Assembly: GCA_001179505.1 (NCBI GenBank)
Contig: CDMY01000275.1
Coordinates: forward strand, 186,001 to 250,000
Origin: Vitrella brassicaformis CCMP3155
Taxonomy: Eukaryota; Protista; Chromerida
DNA length: 64,000 nt
Reading direction: 5' to 3'
Shown here: piece after piece, positions 1 through 12,001 of the stretch
How the letters are laid out: the number at the start of each line of letters is the position of its first letter
How positions within the stretch are numbered: position 1 is the first letter of the stretch
Translations under genes and position numbers: made by a program
The notes under the pieces: model-generated
What the model was told of the DNA's origin: nothing
Database searches by the model: none
Seen by the model: the letters and a program-made list of their open reading frames with translations, nothing else

Positions 1-62
1 CCTACCTGCCAGCAAGCCGCGCGTCTATTTGCTCTGTGTGTCACATCCATCCATTCTTTCAG

Positions 63-721
63 TTGCGTGAGAGTTCCGAGAGCAGCGACAACTCTGTGGA
101 CGACTCTGTGGTGGACGTCCTGCCACAGCTCCTCGACTACCGCGTGTCGCGGTGGACGCAGGACCCTGACTTCCTCGGCAGCTACTCATTCATACCAAAG
201 GTGGGTAGGTCACCGTCAGCAACGAGGGAGACGACACGCAGCGCAGCCACGGGAGGGGGTGTGGAATGGAATGGTGTGGTGTGCAGGGCAGCGATGAGCG
301 TCTGATCGAGCAGATGGCCTCCCCAGAATGGGACGGCAGACTCATATTCGCCGGTCAGGCAGCGCATCGCATCGCATCGCATCGCAGCACACACACATAG
401 CCAGCCAGACGGGGCGTGTATGCATCTGTGCTGACCCCTTTTGCCTCTGTGTGTGCAGGTGAGGCGACGAGTCGTGTCGGCTTCCAGACGGTGACTGGGG
501 CATGGTGCAGCGGCCTGAGGGCAGCCGACCAGGTCATCCAGGCCATACAGCCACACCTAGCCGTCCCTGCAGCACAACCGTCACAGCAGCATCCTGCTGC
601 AGCAGCAGCCGCTGCTGGTGGTGGCTTCGGCGGGGATGGCGGCGACAAGAGGGAGGACACAGAGATGTCGGTGGGCGGCCTGCCGAGTGGAGATGGGCAG
701 GCAGGTGCTGGTGAAGCTTAG
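63..721 (+). CDS. Flavin-containing amine oxidase (MAO/PAO/LSD1-type), 3' end only
   Basis: Exons 63-200, 287-353 and 459-721 join at GT-AG sites. They give ...YRVSRWTQDPDFLGSYSFIPK-GSDERLIEQMASPEWDGRLIFAGEATSRVGFQTVTGAWCSGLRAADQVI, the typical C-terminal W..DP...GSYS and FAGEAT...TV.GA..SG.RAA motifs. The 5' part lies outside the window. Confidence 0.9.
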
Positions 722-1552
722 TGGACAATTATATTGGAAGGACAGACATGTGCGTGTGGCAGTACAGTACGTGTGGGATGTGCGTGGAGGAAGGCTCACT
801 CACTGCAGTTGCTGACCAGCAGTCGCGAGGAGTGAGTGGAGTGGCGCGGTCCTTCTGTGCCGGACCAGAAGGCACACGCTCGGTGGTCGCTCTAGCTAGC
901 TACGTGTGGATGTAGTTCTGTGTGCGGTGATGCGCTCTTGATCAACCAACCAACCAGTGCATCCATCAACTGCATACTGTCTGCAGGGCGACTGACTTAA
1001 CCCACCACGTACACCCACACCAACGGCTCACCAGACACACTCCATGGTTCCCACGTTGACGCCGTGGCCAAACCGACAAGCAGCAAGGCCGGGATCGAGG
1101 AGAAGCCTTTGTCGCCGGGACAAAGGCGATATGTAGTGGCTGCTGATGCCGCCGCTGCGGCCGTGACGCAGTGCGTGGCCTGGCAGGTTCCGCTCCATCG
1201 GAAGAGCAGCACACTGGATGGCTCGGCAGATAATTCGCTTTGTCCGGAGCGATGGTGAGAACGGATGCGCGAGGGAAAACGGCGGGAGCTTTGGTTTCCT
1301 GGCCGGAGGTGTTCGGTTTCGAGAGCATCTGGCCATAGCCAATTTTGTTACAACGCACGCGTACTTGTATAGCGGCCATTATCGAACACGGCGGGGACTT
1401 CTCATCTTTACTTACCTGTGTGCCGATGACGCGCGCCGGTAGCCCATAAGGTCAGCTGGGAGGGCGCAAGGGAGCGTGTTGGATGGGCCGCACCACCGTC
1501 GCCGTGTGCTGTGTGCCGTGTGTTGTGTATGGCATGCAGATCAGATCGGATC

Positions 1553-4018
1553 ATGGAAGGGCAACCCAACGTCAAATCCAGCGCCCTGCCCAGACGCAAA
1601 CGAGGTCCTCAACCATCACAGCAACACACCACACCGCACCACGCCACACCCCTCTCTCTCTCCGTGTGTGTGTCCATCCATCCCATCCATCCATCGATCA
1701 GGTGGCGAGAACCAGCACATGTCCTCCATCTCGTCCAGCAGTCAGATGAGCCAGGGCAGCGGGGCGGCACCGAATCGCAGCGGGCAAGGACGGGGCGAGG
1801 CGGGGGGCGGACAGAACCGAGGTCAGGCATTGGGTGGCACAACCCACAGACAGACAGAGAGAGAAGTGCACGCACGCAGAAATCGCCAATCACTTCACTG
1901 CCGTCCATTTATTTGTGTGTGCAGGGGGTAGAGGTAATGATGGTGTGTGCGGGGTAGCTGGCACGACCGGCACATCGTTTCGTTTGATCCATCAGTCGGG
2001 ACGACGGTCAACCAACGAGGGACCGGTAAGATGAGAAGGAAGCCAAATTTGATGCGTTCGACGATGGTGGAGCTTCTCCCATCGCAGGTAGGGAGGCGTC
2101 TGTCGCGTGAGGACCTCATTCACATCTCTGGCTATGGCGTGTAGCCGCTCTACAACAACAGCATCGCCACGGAGGCCGGGGCTCAGTGCCGCGAGCTCGA
2201 CATCGACTGCTCCAGGGCCGCCGACAGGGTCTTCTGGCAGGCGATGCCCGTCAACGTGGCTAAGAGGTGGGGCGGCCGCATGCCCAAACTCACCCGCATC
2301 TGGTGCTGTCACCCGGCTGGCGAGGGCGCCTGGTGTCTGGACGCTGTCACGGCGCTCATCGAAGGCCACACAGAGGGCCGCACAGCCATGGTCGCGGAGA
2401 AGAGAGCAGAGGCGGAGAGGCGGGGAGAGGCGGCCAACATCCCCGACGGCTCAGTCACGACAATCACATTTGAGGCGGCTGAGCTGACCGACGCGGACAT
2501 GCTGTCCGTCGGGCGCACCAACCCCACCCTCCCCCCTAGCTGTGCCCAGCCCCCCTCCCTCCCCGCCCTCACATCCATCAGCGGCCTCACTGCCCACCAC
2601 CGTGGCATCGGCAACCGCGGCTGGCGCGCCCCGTCGCTGGAGCGGGTGCAGGCGCACGAGCACATCGACACGCTGGGGCCACTCGTCGGCTCGTCGGGGT
2701 GCCTGAGGGTGCTCGACGTGCCCTCGACGGTCAACCAGAAAGCCGAGGTGATGGAGCAGGTGCCTGTTGCTGAAGAGGAGGGACAGCCGGGGCCGCTGGC
2801 GAACTTGGAGGATATCGGGCCGATTGAGGTCTCCGGCGACGATATTGCGAATTTGCTTACGTTGACGGTCTGGTCCACTCGGTTGCAGGTCAGCAGGCTA
2901 TCACTTTCAAATGGACAACAGATGACGCACTTACTGTGTCTATACTTTTCCTTCCTCAGATGCTGGGGTCGACCCTCGAGGCACGAGGCTGTCGTCGGTC
3001 CCTCAAGTCGCTGAAGGTCAAGTTCATCGACTTTGCGGGTGCGAGCCACTGGGTCTTCGGGTTCGCCGAGGCCCTGCAGACATTCGCCAGTGCGGTGTGC
3101 ATCGGGGACGCCCCGATCAGCTTCACCAGTGCTGCAGGATCGTTCAGCCTGATGACCCTGCACAGCCACCTCTCCCCCCCTGCACCCTCACCCCTCCTCA
3201 AGACACTCATGCGGCAGCTGGCCGACCAGGCGACAGAGGTGGCAGTCGACCTCAGGGGGTCCGACCTCGCCATCCCGCCCACGCCTGCGATGCTCGACAT
3301 GGCCAGAGGCCTGGCATTCAACAAGGCCACGAGTGTGTTTGTGTTGGGTGTCCACCAGCCTGCACCAGCCGCCCCCGCCCCCGCCCCCGCCCCCACCCCC
3401 ACCCACCCGGCCATCGCCATCATCGACCAGATCCAGCCGATGCCGCAACCGTCGCAGCTGGTTCTCAACAAGCAGACGGCATTGGCGGCCGGCACCCACA
3501 TGGCTGACAAGATGCCCAACTTGCGGATGCTGTCCGTCCTGGGCGGTGTGCCGGCGAAACAGGCGTCTGAGGCTATCAAGGCGATCGGGTGTGAGCGGGA
3601 GCTCGACATGGTGGCTGCGATTGATATTCGGGGTGTGGGCAGCGGGGGCATCGACGTAGGGGAGCATAGAGAGGGATTCCCCCAGACGACCACACTGGTT
3701 GTCGATCTCACAGGTGGGTGGGTTGGAGGGTAGACAGTCCCACAAAGACAGACACACAAAGAGACCTGCATACGAATGTCTGTCTGTGTGTCTCCATCAG
3801 TTCCTGCTGGCGTCTCCGACTTCGTCGAGTTCATCTGCTCGAGTACGAGATCGCTGCTGCAGCTCAAGTGCAAGGCGCTGCTCCTCGAGCTGCGGGGCCT
3901 GGACGCGAAGACACGCAGCCTGCTCGAGTCTGCCGTGCCTGCACAGCTCAGCAGCCTGGAGGGCACGGCCATATCGTGCTCGCAGCGAGATGATAAGCTC
4001 AGTATATATGCATCATGA
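1553..4018 (+). CDS. Hypothetical protein, lineage-specific multi-exon family
   Basis: A phase-consistent chain runs from ATG 1553 (MEGQPNVKSSALPRRKR) through long exons (about 2145-2890, 2960-3713, 3801-4018) with coding-like codon usage. No known domain was recognised and the start is uncertain. Confidence 0.6.
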
Positions 4019-4519
4019 TCGCTGCCAAGCATTACAGTGGGTAGCTGCGGGCGTATGGAAATCGGACGGCCTGTCTGTGAGTTCGTGCCGTTCATGTGTT
4101 GCATGGCGTGAGACAGACGTTCACGTGATGCTCAATTGAAGATAGATTGCTGACGCGTGACGCGTCGAGACGGTCCCATACATGCAGTCATACCTTCCTC
4201 CTCTCCCTTCTATCCATTCGTAATTACCCGATGCCGATCGTGCCGAAGTAAGTCGCAAGACGATGCACACAAAGACACAAAAACACAAACCAGTCCCTCT
4301 TTCCGTCACTGCTTAGCATTTGTATGCGCCTCTCTTTGAGGCGAGGACTTGTACATATATATGTGAATGGGCGAGTGGGCAGATCGGATGCGTGTGTGAC
4401 CGTGGGGCACATCGACTTCCTTTTCTCTAGTATACATGTCAGTTTCGTCCCTTGTCTGTGTGTCTGTGCGCCGTGTTGTCTTTTGTGCGTGTGAGTTCAA
4501 TTGACCCCCCCCCCCCCCC

Positions 4520-4819
4520 NNNNNNNNNNNNNNNNNNNNNNNNNNNNNNNNNNNNNNNNNNNNNNNNNNNNNNNNNNNNNNNNNNNNNNNNNNNNNNNNN
4601 NNNNNNNNNNNNNNNNNNNNNNNNNNNNNNNNNNNNNNNNNNNNNNNNNNNNNNNNNNNNNNNNNNNNNNNNNNNNNNNNNNNNNNNNNNNNNNNNNNNN
4701 NNNNNNNNNNNNNNNNNNNNNNNNNNNNNNNNNNNNNNNNNNNNNNNNNNNNNNNNNNNNNNNNNNNNNNNNNNNNNNNNNNNNNNNNNNNNNNNNNNNN
4801 NNNNNNNNNNNNNNNNNNN
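4520..4819. other. Assembly gap (300 N) preceded by a C15 run
   Basis: Run of N; poly-C at 4505-4519 abuts the gap. Confidence 1.
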
Positions 4820-5321
4820 CTCACAGACCTGGACCGAATGTGTAATGCATCCATGGCCGGTGGCGTGGCTGGACAAACGTGCGAAATGACCGGTCGAATC
4901 AACGGATCGAAATCCCTTGTCGCGCATGCCCACTAGCTAAAGGGTGGGTGGGTCTTTGGGGGACGAGTGGAGTGAGCGGTAGACGCTGTGCATGTGTGTG
5001 TGTGTGTGTATGTTTGTGTGTATGTTTGTGTGCGCTTGTGTGCATGGCCCACGAAACACAGCTTGCATGCTAACTAAAATGGTGTGCAACGAGTCAGTAA
5101 GAGTCTCAAGGTTTTGTCCACCCATATGCATGCACACACACTCGCATTCCCATTCATCCGCAGTACGCTACGCTACAGTCACCTTGAGCGGCCCTCTCCT
5201 CAACACATCCAGCTTGTCAGCACAACTGCATATATAACATGAAGGAGACACGTCTCCACAGACACAAACACACAGGCGCATCATCATCCCATTGCGTGTG
5301 TGGCCCTCTCACTTTCACGGT

Positions 5322-7241
5322 CTAAGGCGCCTGGCCGTCGAGCACGATGGCTGCGGTCGGCCCGAGGACGCGACGCACCTTGGCGGCCGTCCGGGGGAAT
5401 CGCTGGGTGAAGGGCGCGTCATGAGGGACACCTGCTGCTGGCGCCTCGCTGGTACGGATGGTGACGTGGACTGCATGCAGACAACAGCCGACGACACGAC
5501 AGCATGAGCATATGCTGTGAATATATGTCGATGAATGCGTACCGTCCTGGTTGTTGCCTGGTTGGATGATGAAGAAAATCCATGAGATGAATGGGTCGTC
5601 TGATGACGTCAGCCGATGCGCCTGCCCACACCACCCACTGGCACACTCGTATGCCATCACGTGTGAGCATCCGTTGAGGGGCGCGTGCTGCGATTGGGTC
5701 ATGATGCGGTCGAGGTGGCCACCCCGCACACTCCTGACACACACATCAATAACGCACCACATAGCCATTCGCCCTCTCATTGGGTGCCGTCCATCCACTC
5801 ACCGGTCAACCACCACTGTTGTTGGTGAGTCGATGAAGCCGCCCACAGCCAACAGCCGGTGACGCAGCACCAGACGCTTCAGCATGGAACTCGCCGATGC
5901 GTAAACAAGCCCGTTGTTGGCGCCAACCGTCGCCCAGCCCACACCGTTCTGCCACACAAGGCAGCTGCGGACGGGCGGGTCGTGTGTCTTGGCGTGGTGG
6001 GTGAACGGGTGCTGCGAGAAGGGATGGACGGGGCGGCTGGGGAGGGGGAGGGGCGGGTTGAGTGTGATGGTGAAGTTGGGCTCGTTGCGGATGATCCGGA
6101 CCTCGTTGTTGTTGTGGCGGAACAGCTCGAGTGTGCCGTCATGCTGGCCGGTGGGGCGGCGGAGGGCCACATAGCGACCGACGAGCATCCACTGAGCACA
6201 GAAACGGGGCAGCGCCAAGAAGTCCTGCATCCAACAGCTCACATCCAGCGGCTCTCCCATTGCCTCTTCTGTGTGTCGTGCTTACCGCCTTGGTGGCGTG
6301 TGTCTGCAGATCTGCAGCACCCACAGTGACCGGCAGCTGGCAGTAGCCGCAGTGCTCGGCGACGCTGAGTGTGTCGCCCACCTCCCCCCAGCCGCCCTCG
6401 CCCCCCTCCTCCATCACCCACATGGCCTTCATCACATCGCCGTGGCTCAGCTGATCGTCGAACTGCACCACCCCGCCCACCCTCGCCCGCTCGATGGCCT
6501 TCGGCAGCCGAAGGCGGCGGACGATCGGCCGGAGGGCATTTCTGATGGGCCGGGCTGTCGACTTGAGGTTGGAGACGGTGGTGAGGTCAGACAGTGCCAG
6601 GATGACGCTCATGGGACTGGCGGGAATGTCAGAGATATGCAACAGTCGCGCCTGATGACACACACACAGAAGGACATGCACCACACACGCATAAGAGGTG
6701 CACACCACATCAGTTTGTGTCTTGTGTTTGTGCCTGTGGTCAGTCACTCCCCCACCTGTGTGCGGCTATGTCGTGTGAGTGCGATGGTCGAGTTGATGGT
6801 GTCTGCCAACTCGGCCAGCAGGTCGGACACCGCAGCAAATTGACGACTCACCTTGGCCACCATCTGACGAATGAATCAACACGATGAGAGCAACGCCAAG
6901 CAAAGCAGACTCGACAGACACAGAGAGAGCTCCGTGGTGTGTGGTGTGTTTGGCAGCCTGCCGCACCAGTGGTGCCATCGCAGCTGCTGCGGTGTCCATC
7001 CACAGGAGTTGGTCGATGCAGCTGTTGACCTGCACACGCACACCGCACACACACAAGCAAGCAGCCGATGAGCTTTGGATGCACTGACTGCATGGAATGG
7101 ATGAGGTGGTTGGTGTGTTGGTTAGCTGGCTACCTGAGCCTGCTTCAGCCGATAGACTTGTACCCGGGGCAGCAGCTGCTCCCGTATCGCTGTCATCGTC
7201 TGCAGAGATTCGCATGACAAAGCCACAGACAAACATGCCAT
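5322..7241 (-). CDS. Hypothetical protein of a Vitrella-type expanded orphan family (N-terminal coiled coil)
   Basis: Spliced exons encode IRQMVAKVSRQFAAVSDLLAEL..., ...VVQFDDQLSHGDVMKAMWVMEEG..., WMLVGRYVALRR...LELFRHNNNEVRIIRNEP...HDPPVRS..., ending VRRVLGPTAAIVLDGQAP* (stop 5322). The family is recognised from memory only. Candidate ATGs are 7241 and 7196 (alternative frame 7236/7215). Confidence 0.7.
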
Positions 7242-7252
7242 GGATCAGATCA

Positions 7253-7265
7253 CGCGCTTTGCTCA
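7253..7265. repeat. Target-site duplication, left copy (CGCGCTTTGCTCA)
   Basis: Exact 13-bp direct repeat of 7855-7867, flanking the retroelement fragment. Confidence 0.92.
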
Positions 7266-7854
7266 GGGGGGGGAACTGTCATTAACCGTAACACTCGTCT
7301 GTGTGTCCGTGATACTCATACAAATACAGTCCCATCAGCACGCAGACTCAAACAGGCTCAAGGGGAGGAGGGATCAATTTCCGCCCCATCAGCACACCCC
7401 AGTCCCGCAAACCCTCCCCTCCCTCCCCCACGCAGACAGAAGCTAGTCGCACGCGCGAGGGCGATAGACAAGCGAGAGCGAATCCATCCAGACACATGAC
7501 TGAACCCCCGACCCTTCCACCCCTCCTTCTCCAACAGCGCATGAGCCATGTGGGCGATGAACACGTTGGCATCGTGTCCCCACACACCGTCACACGTCAC
7601 CACCAGAGGGCAGAAGGTCACGCGGGAGTCGCAGACGGCCGAGCGGTATTTCTTCTTCTTGGCGGTCTCGTGCTGCTTCAGGATGGACTTAGTCGATCGG
7701 TTCTTGGAAGCGTAAGACGTTGCGTCAGGATCCGTAATACAGATGTCAAACGACGCAGCCGCCTGCCGCTCCCACACGCCCCGAGCGACGATGTCCGCCC
7801 TGACCCCACCCTCCCCCTCCTCTCCCTCCTTCAACACCACCTCCCGACGCACAC
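7266..7854 (-). mobile_element. 5'-truncated non-LTR retrotransposon (RLE/CRE-like), C-terminal restriction-like endonuclease domain plus 3' UTR
   Basis: Uninterrupted ORF 7852-7358: RADIVARGVW...SFDICITD (PD..D-type core), HETAKKKKY (E..K..KY), F.PLVV..DG..G and GWIRSRLSIALARATSFCLRG. These motifs are typical of CRE/RLE element C-termini. The fragment is bounded by a 13-bp TSD, and the sense 3' end is ...GTTAATGACAGTT-C8. Confidence 0.9.
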
Positions 7855-7867
7855 CGCGCTTTGCTCA
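7855..7867. repeat. Target-site duplication, right copy (CGCGCTTTGCTCA)
   Basis: Exact match to 7253-7265. The ORF frame hits a stop inside this copy, which marks the 5' truncation point. Confidence 0.92.
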
Positions 7868-8153
7868 TGCTTTGCTTGGCCTGCAGGCTTCTATTCCCTC
7901 ACCCGAGTGGTGACGCCGTCCATCCTCAAGGTGTCTGAATCAAACTGATTGATGCTTGGATGCTTCAACAGGCTTTGCTCGTCTCCGTCAGTCATCACAC
8001 TGGGAGCATTCCCGCCATTAAATTCGACGCTGCTTTGATGCAATGAGCTCAGGATCTGTCGCCCATCGTGATTGCATAGCTCACGCCAGGAGAAACGAAG
8101 GAGCTCGAGTGCAAGCTTGAGCTCGCGACTGGAGCGAGGCAGCTGACGTGATT

Positions 8154-10941
8154 ATGGCGTCAGCTTGTCCCTTTTGCTGCCGAAGGACGACATTCTTCCT
8201 CTGCGCCGACTGCATACACGTCCGGTCAGCTCAGCAGCAAGATGTGCATGGCATGGATGGAACCATGCATGGGCAGACAGACAGACAGACAGACAGGCAG
8301 GCAGACAAAGCAGACGACGGACGGATAGACAGTCTGACGAGAAGCAACAACACCCGCCCTCCAACCTTCCGACAATCTAATCTACCAACATGTAGTTAGT
8401 GATGTGATCTCATCTGTTTTGTTGCCGTGTTGTGTGTTGTCTGGTCTGTGCGTCGTGCAGGATTGAGAAGGCTCGGCATCCGCCGCTCCACCAGCACGTG
8501 CAGCGGCTGAGCGAGCGCGTGCAGCGTCGGCTGAGCCGGCTGCAGGGATGCCGAGAGAAGCTCCTGAGGGAACGCAGGGATGCGCTGCGCCAGTCGGTCG
8601 ACAGACTCAAACACACTCTACACGCCAAACGGAACGAGGCAAACGAACGTACGCACACCAGACAGACAGACAGACAGACAATCACAGACAGATAGAGAAA
8701 GGATGCCATATACTCAATGCTTGTTGTCGTGGATGTGCGCAGGTTCGTCTCGTGTGGTGCGTCTGCGGACAGCTCTCGAGAAGCGGCGGCGAGCACTGGA
8801 GGAGCAGAGGGAGCACCTGACGGAGGTCACACGCATCCTGCAGTCAAAACTGCTGCCCATGACGCTCCACAGGGTGGGTGGGCCGAACAGCGGGGGACAC
8901 TGCAGTGCACATGCGTCATTCGATTGATTCAGTCGCTTCCCTCTTGTCGTGTTGTGTCGTGTGGTTGTTTGTGTGGTCTGTGGGTCAGTTTCTGGATGAT
9001 CCGCCATGCAATGTGGCTGGCCTGGGCGCCTTCCACATCTACCAGGAGCTCAAGGCCGTCATGGAGGCCATGCAGACAGAACGGAGGAAGAAGTGCTCGG
9101 AGCTCATTTGGTAAGTAAGGTGGACAGGACAGAGGGGAAAGGAAGAAGCTGCACTGATAGATGATTTGAGCGTCGGATGCATTGCATCGTGATGCTTGCT
9201 GTGTGTGTATGTGTGTGTGTGTGTGTGTGTGTCAGTTTGTTCCCACTGAAGAAGATTGTGTGCAATGGGCAGAAGATGCTCACACTGGCGGAAGTAGAGA
9301 GCTTCCAAGGTGAGCGACGCACTCACATCGAATCGGATTCATTCTTCCTCGGTGCGTTCGTTGATTGATGTGATGCTTGTGATGCACCTGAGTGCAGCGA
9401 GCGGCGAGATGCCGTTTGAGAGGGAGATGGAGGTGGAGGCCGCACTCTCCTTCATCGCACCCATCGTCTTCGGCCTCGCCGCCTACCTAGACGTGCCACT
9501 CCCCTTCCCCATCGTCTACGGCCACTACTGGAAGTGCCAGGCCTGCCAGCGCAACATCAGCGCACGAGACCCCATCTACAGGCTCGCAGACACCCCCTCC
9601 CACCCCCGCCCCCACCCCTCTCCCTCGCCCATCCCCCCTCCACCCGCCATGCCGTCCGATCTGCCCAACAGGATGCCCTCCAATATTTCTGACGACCAGT
9701 CGACTCACTCCCACCAGGGCGACTACCCATTCTCACTCTCCCTCGCCACCCGCGGGCAGGTCAAGCGCTCACCCGCCTCACACGCATCATCGCGCAGCCA
9801 GTCGATATCGTCGTCTGTGGCCCAGACAGTGACCATGGGTGTGGCCAAGGTGACGACCGAAGTGGGTCAGCAGCTGCGGCATGGCCGTGGGTCGCTCAGT
9901 GGTGTGTCGGCCATGCTGATGGCGCGGAAGGGTGGCTTGGGGAGGGGCGGGCATCGCGAGCAGAGGGACGGCGGCACCAAGGGATGGGCCGTGCCCAGAG
10001 TCATACACAGGGGCACTGGGTATGTGAGTGGAGGGGGGGGAGGAGGCATCAAGGCATCCAGCATGTGTGTCCTTGGCTTGTGTGGTGTGGCTGCAGTGTT
10101 GCGCATGCCTTCACGATTTACGACGGCGTGTGCACATCGGATTTCTCTGCGGCGCTGCATCTGCTGAATCAGTCGCTGCTGCACATGTGCGAACGGCAGG
10201 GACAACACCCACCACTCAGGCAGCACGGTAAGACACTACACCCTTGTGCAGGTGCGGACTGCGGAGGGACGAGCGATGCACTCCGCCCCGCCTCATTCAT
10301 GCCATTCCATGCTCTGTCCGTCGGGTCTCTGTCAGATGACACACTGCAGCTGTTGAACTCAATTATCAGCTCGCCACATCTCGGCTGGTACACCACGTCA
10401 CGCACTCTTATCCCATTGGCACGCCAGCCGGATCCCTGCATATATTCATTCCCTGTGCCATTGGATTTTTCCCTTTGTCCCTTGGCCTTACATAGCCTGG
10501 TTCCGCCGCGGCCTGCATCTGCCCTCGGCGACCTCTTTGGCCACCACTACGGCGAGGAATCATTCAAAGGTGAGCACACAGCACAGCCACACGCACTGCA
10601 CTCGCACTCGGAAAACAGAAACACACATCTATGATGTGTTGTCGCCATCCATGGCATCGATTCGATCAGGTTATGAGGACGGCGACTGGATCGTCTTGTC
10701 GGATCTGGTGGGAGCGGTCGATGAGACCAGCCACCACCGTGATAGAGACAGAGGAGGGATGGACGAGTGGCCCAGCACCCCGTCGACGAGCGAGCGGGAG
10801 GGGCGGCAGCAGCACCTGTCTCCCTCGCCGGCTAATGTCACATGTGAAAGGACGCCGTCTCAGTACCACACACCGTCGAGTGGCAGTGTGGGGGAGGGCA
10901 ACGAGCACCAGAAAGTGGCCGAGTTCCATCTAGACGGGTGA
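8154..10941 (+). CDS. ATG14/UVRAG/Vps38-family class III PI3K complex subunit
   Basis: N-terminal MASACPFCCRRTTFFLCADCI (CxxC...CxxC), spliced coiled-coil exons, then AALSFIAPIVFGLAAYLDVPLPFPI and DFSAALHLLNQSLLHMCERQG. The last two match the AALG...L..YL.VPLPYP and F..AV.LLN..I..L motifs of the ATG14/Vps38 domain. Confidence 0.75.
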
Positions 10942-12001
10942 TGTGATGGGATGTGTCCATACCGGTCGGTCGATCCGTCTGCTGGATTGGCGAGAGAGAA
11001 TGATGGATGGATGGATGCATGGATGGACGGATGGATGGACGGAGAGAGGGTGATATGAGCGCGGTAAGGCGCTCACGTCCTTGCCCGGCTCAGCTCAGTT
11101 GTAGCTGTTTATCTGTGCCGTGGGGCGGGGTGGGGTGGGGTGGTCTTGTCTTGTGTACAGTAAACACGTAAATGTATACCTACCGGTAGAGGGAGGGGCG
11201 GTGCGGTACGGTAGTGGTATCCATGCCTGCTGCTGTGTGTTATGATGGATGTCAATGTGACTTTACGGCGATGGCGCCAGACAGACCAGAACAAACAAAC
11301 CGTGGTAGTCAGTCATGTCATTTGTGTGGATGTAGACACGACACATGTATGTGTCTGCATCACACGTACGTGTCTCGTACCCGTCTCGATCGACTCGTGA
11401 GTGAAATGCGTGGAGTCAGCGGTACTCCCGAGTTATGCTATCACACATCTGTCTGTCTGTCAGTTGGGCGGCCACAAATACGTACGTGTCACAAGATGGG
11501 CTACACCACACACACAACACAGCTCAACGGCTGTCTGTCTGTCGATGTGTATGCGATATGATAGATATCTAGAAGAGCACAAGCAGGTAGTAGAAAAGTG
11601 CGATGGATGCGACCCAACTACAGACATACATCACATACCGACCTACACAGAACAGACAGCACATGCCCCTCCCGGCCCTACTACCCGTCCCTCCCATCAA
11701 TCACCCACGTGCACTATAGTGCTCTGATGAAAGCAGAAGTACACAAAGAGGCACACAGCACACATGGCACTCGCTCTTCTGAGCGTCAGTCACCATCCAT
11801 CCATAGGACGACCGATAGATACACACCAGACAGCAGCCAGTCGTACGCAGCAAAAGCAAGCACTTAGACGTCGCAGCACAGCGCATCGCATCGCTCATCG
11901 CTCTCCAGACAAACAGAAGAGAGTTCCAGAAAATTCGCAGCCACCCACCCAGCCACCCAGGTCGCTCACCAGTGAGCCTCCCTGGTGGCTCCCTCCCTCC
12001 C

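Noticed and set aside
1405-1420. TACTTACCTG resembling the U1 snRNA 5' end
   Set aside because: There is no U1-70K loop, no U1A ATTGCAC loop and no Sm site downstream. It is just the reverse complement of a CAG|GTAAGT donor. A small minus-strand spliced transcript at about 1030-1450 is possible but I could not support it.
4490-4819. Poly-C beside the first gap as another C-tailed retroelement copy
   Set aside because: The sequence upstream of the C-run shows no homology to the element's 3' UTR. G/C homopolymers next to gaps are a common assembly artefact, as at 47227.
7868-8150. Continuation of the retroelement upstream of the RLE ORF
   Set aside because: It lies outside the TSD and the frame is closed. 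It is host intergenic or promoter DNA for the ATG14-like gene.
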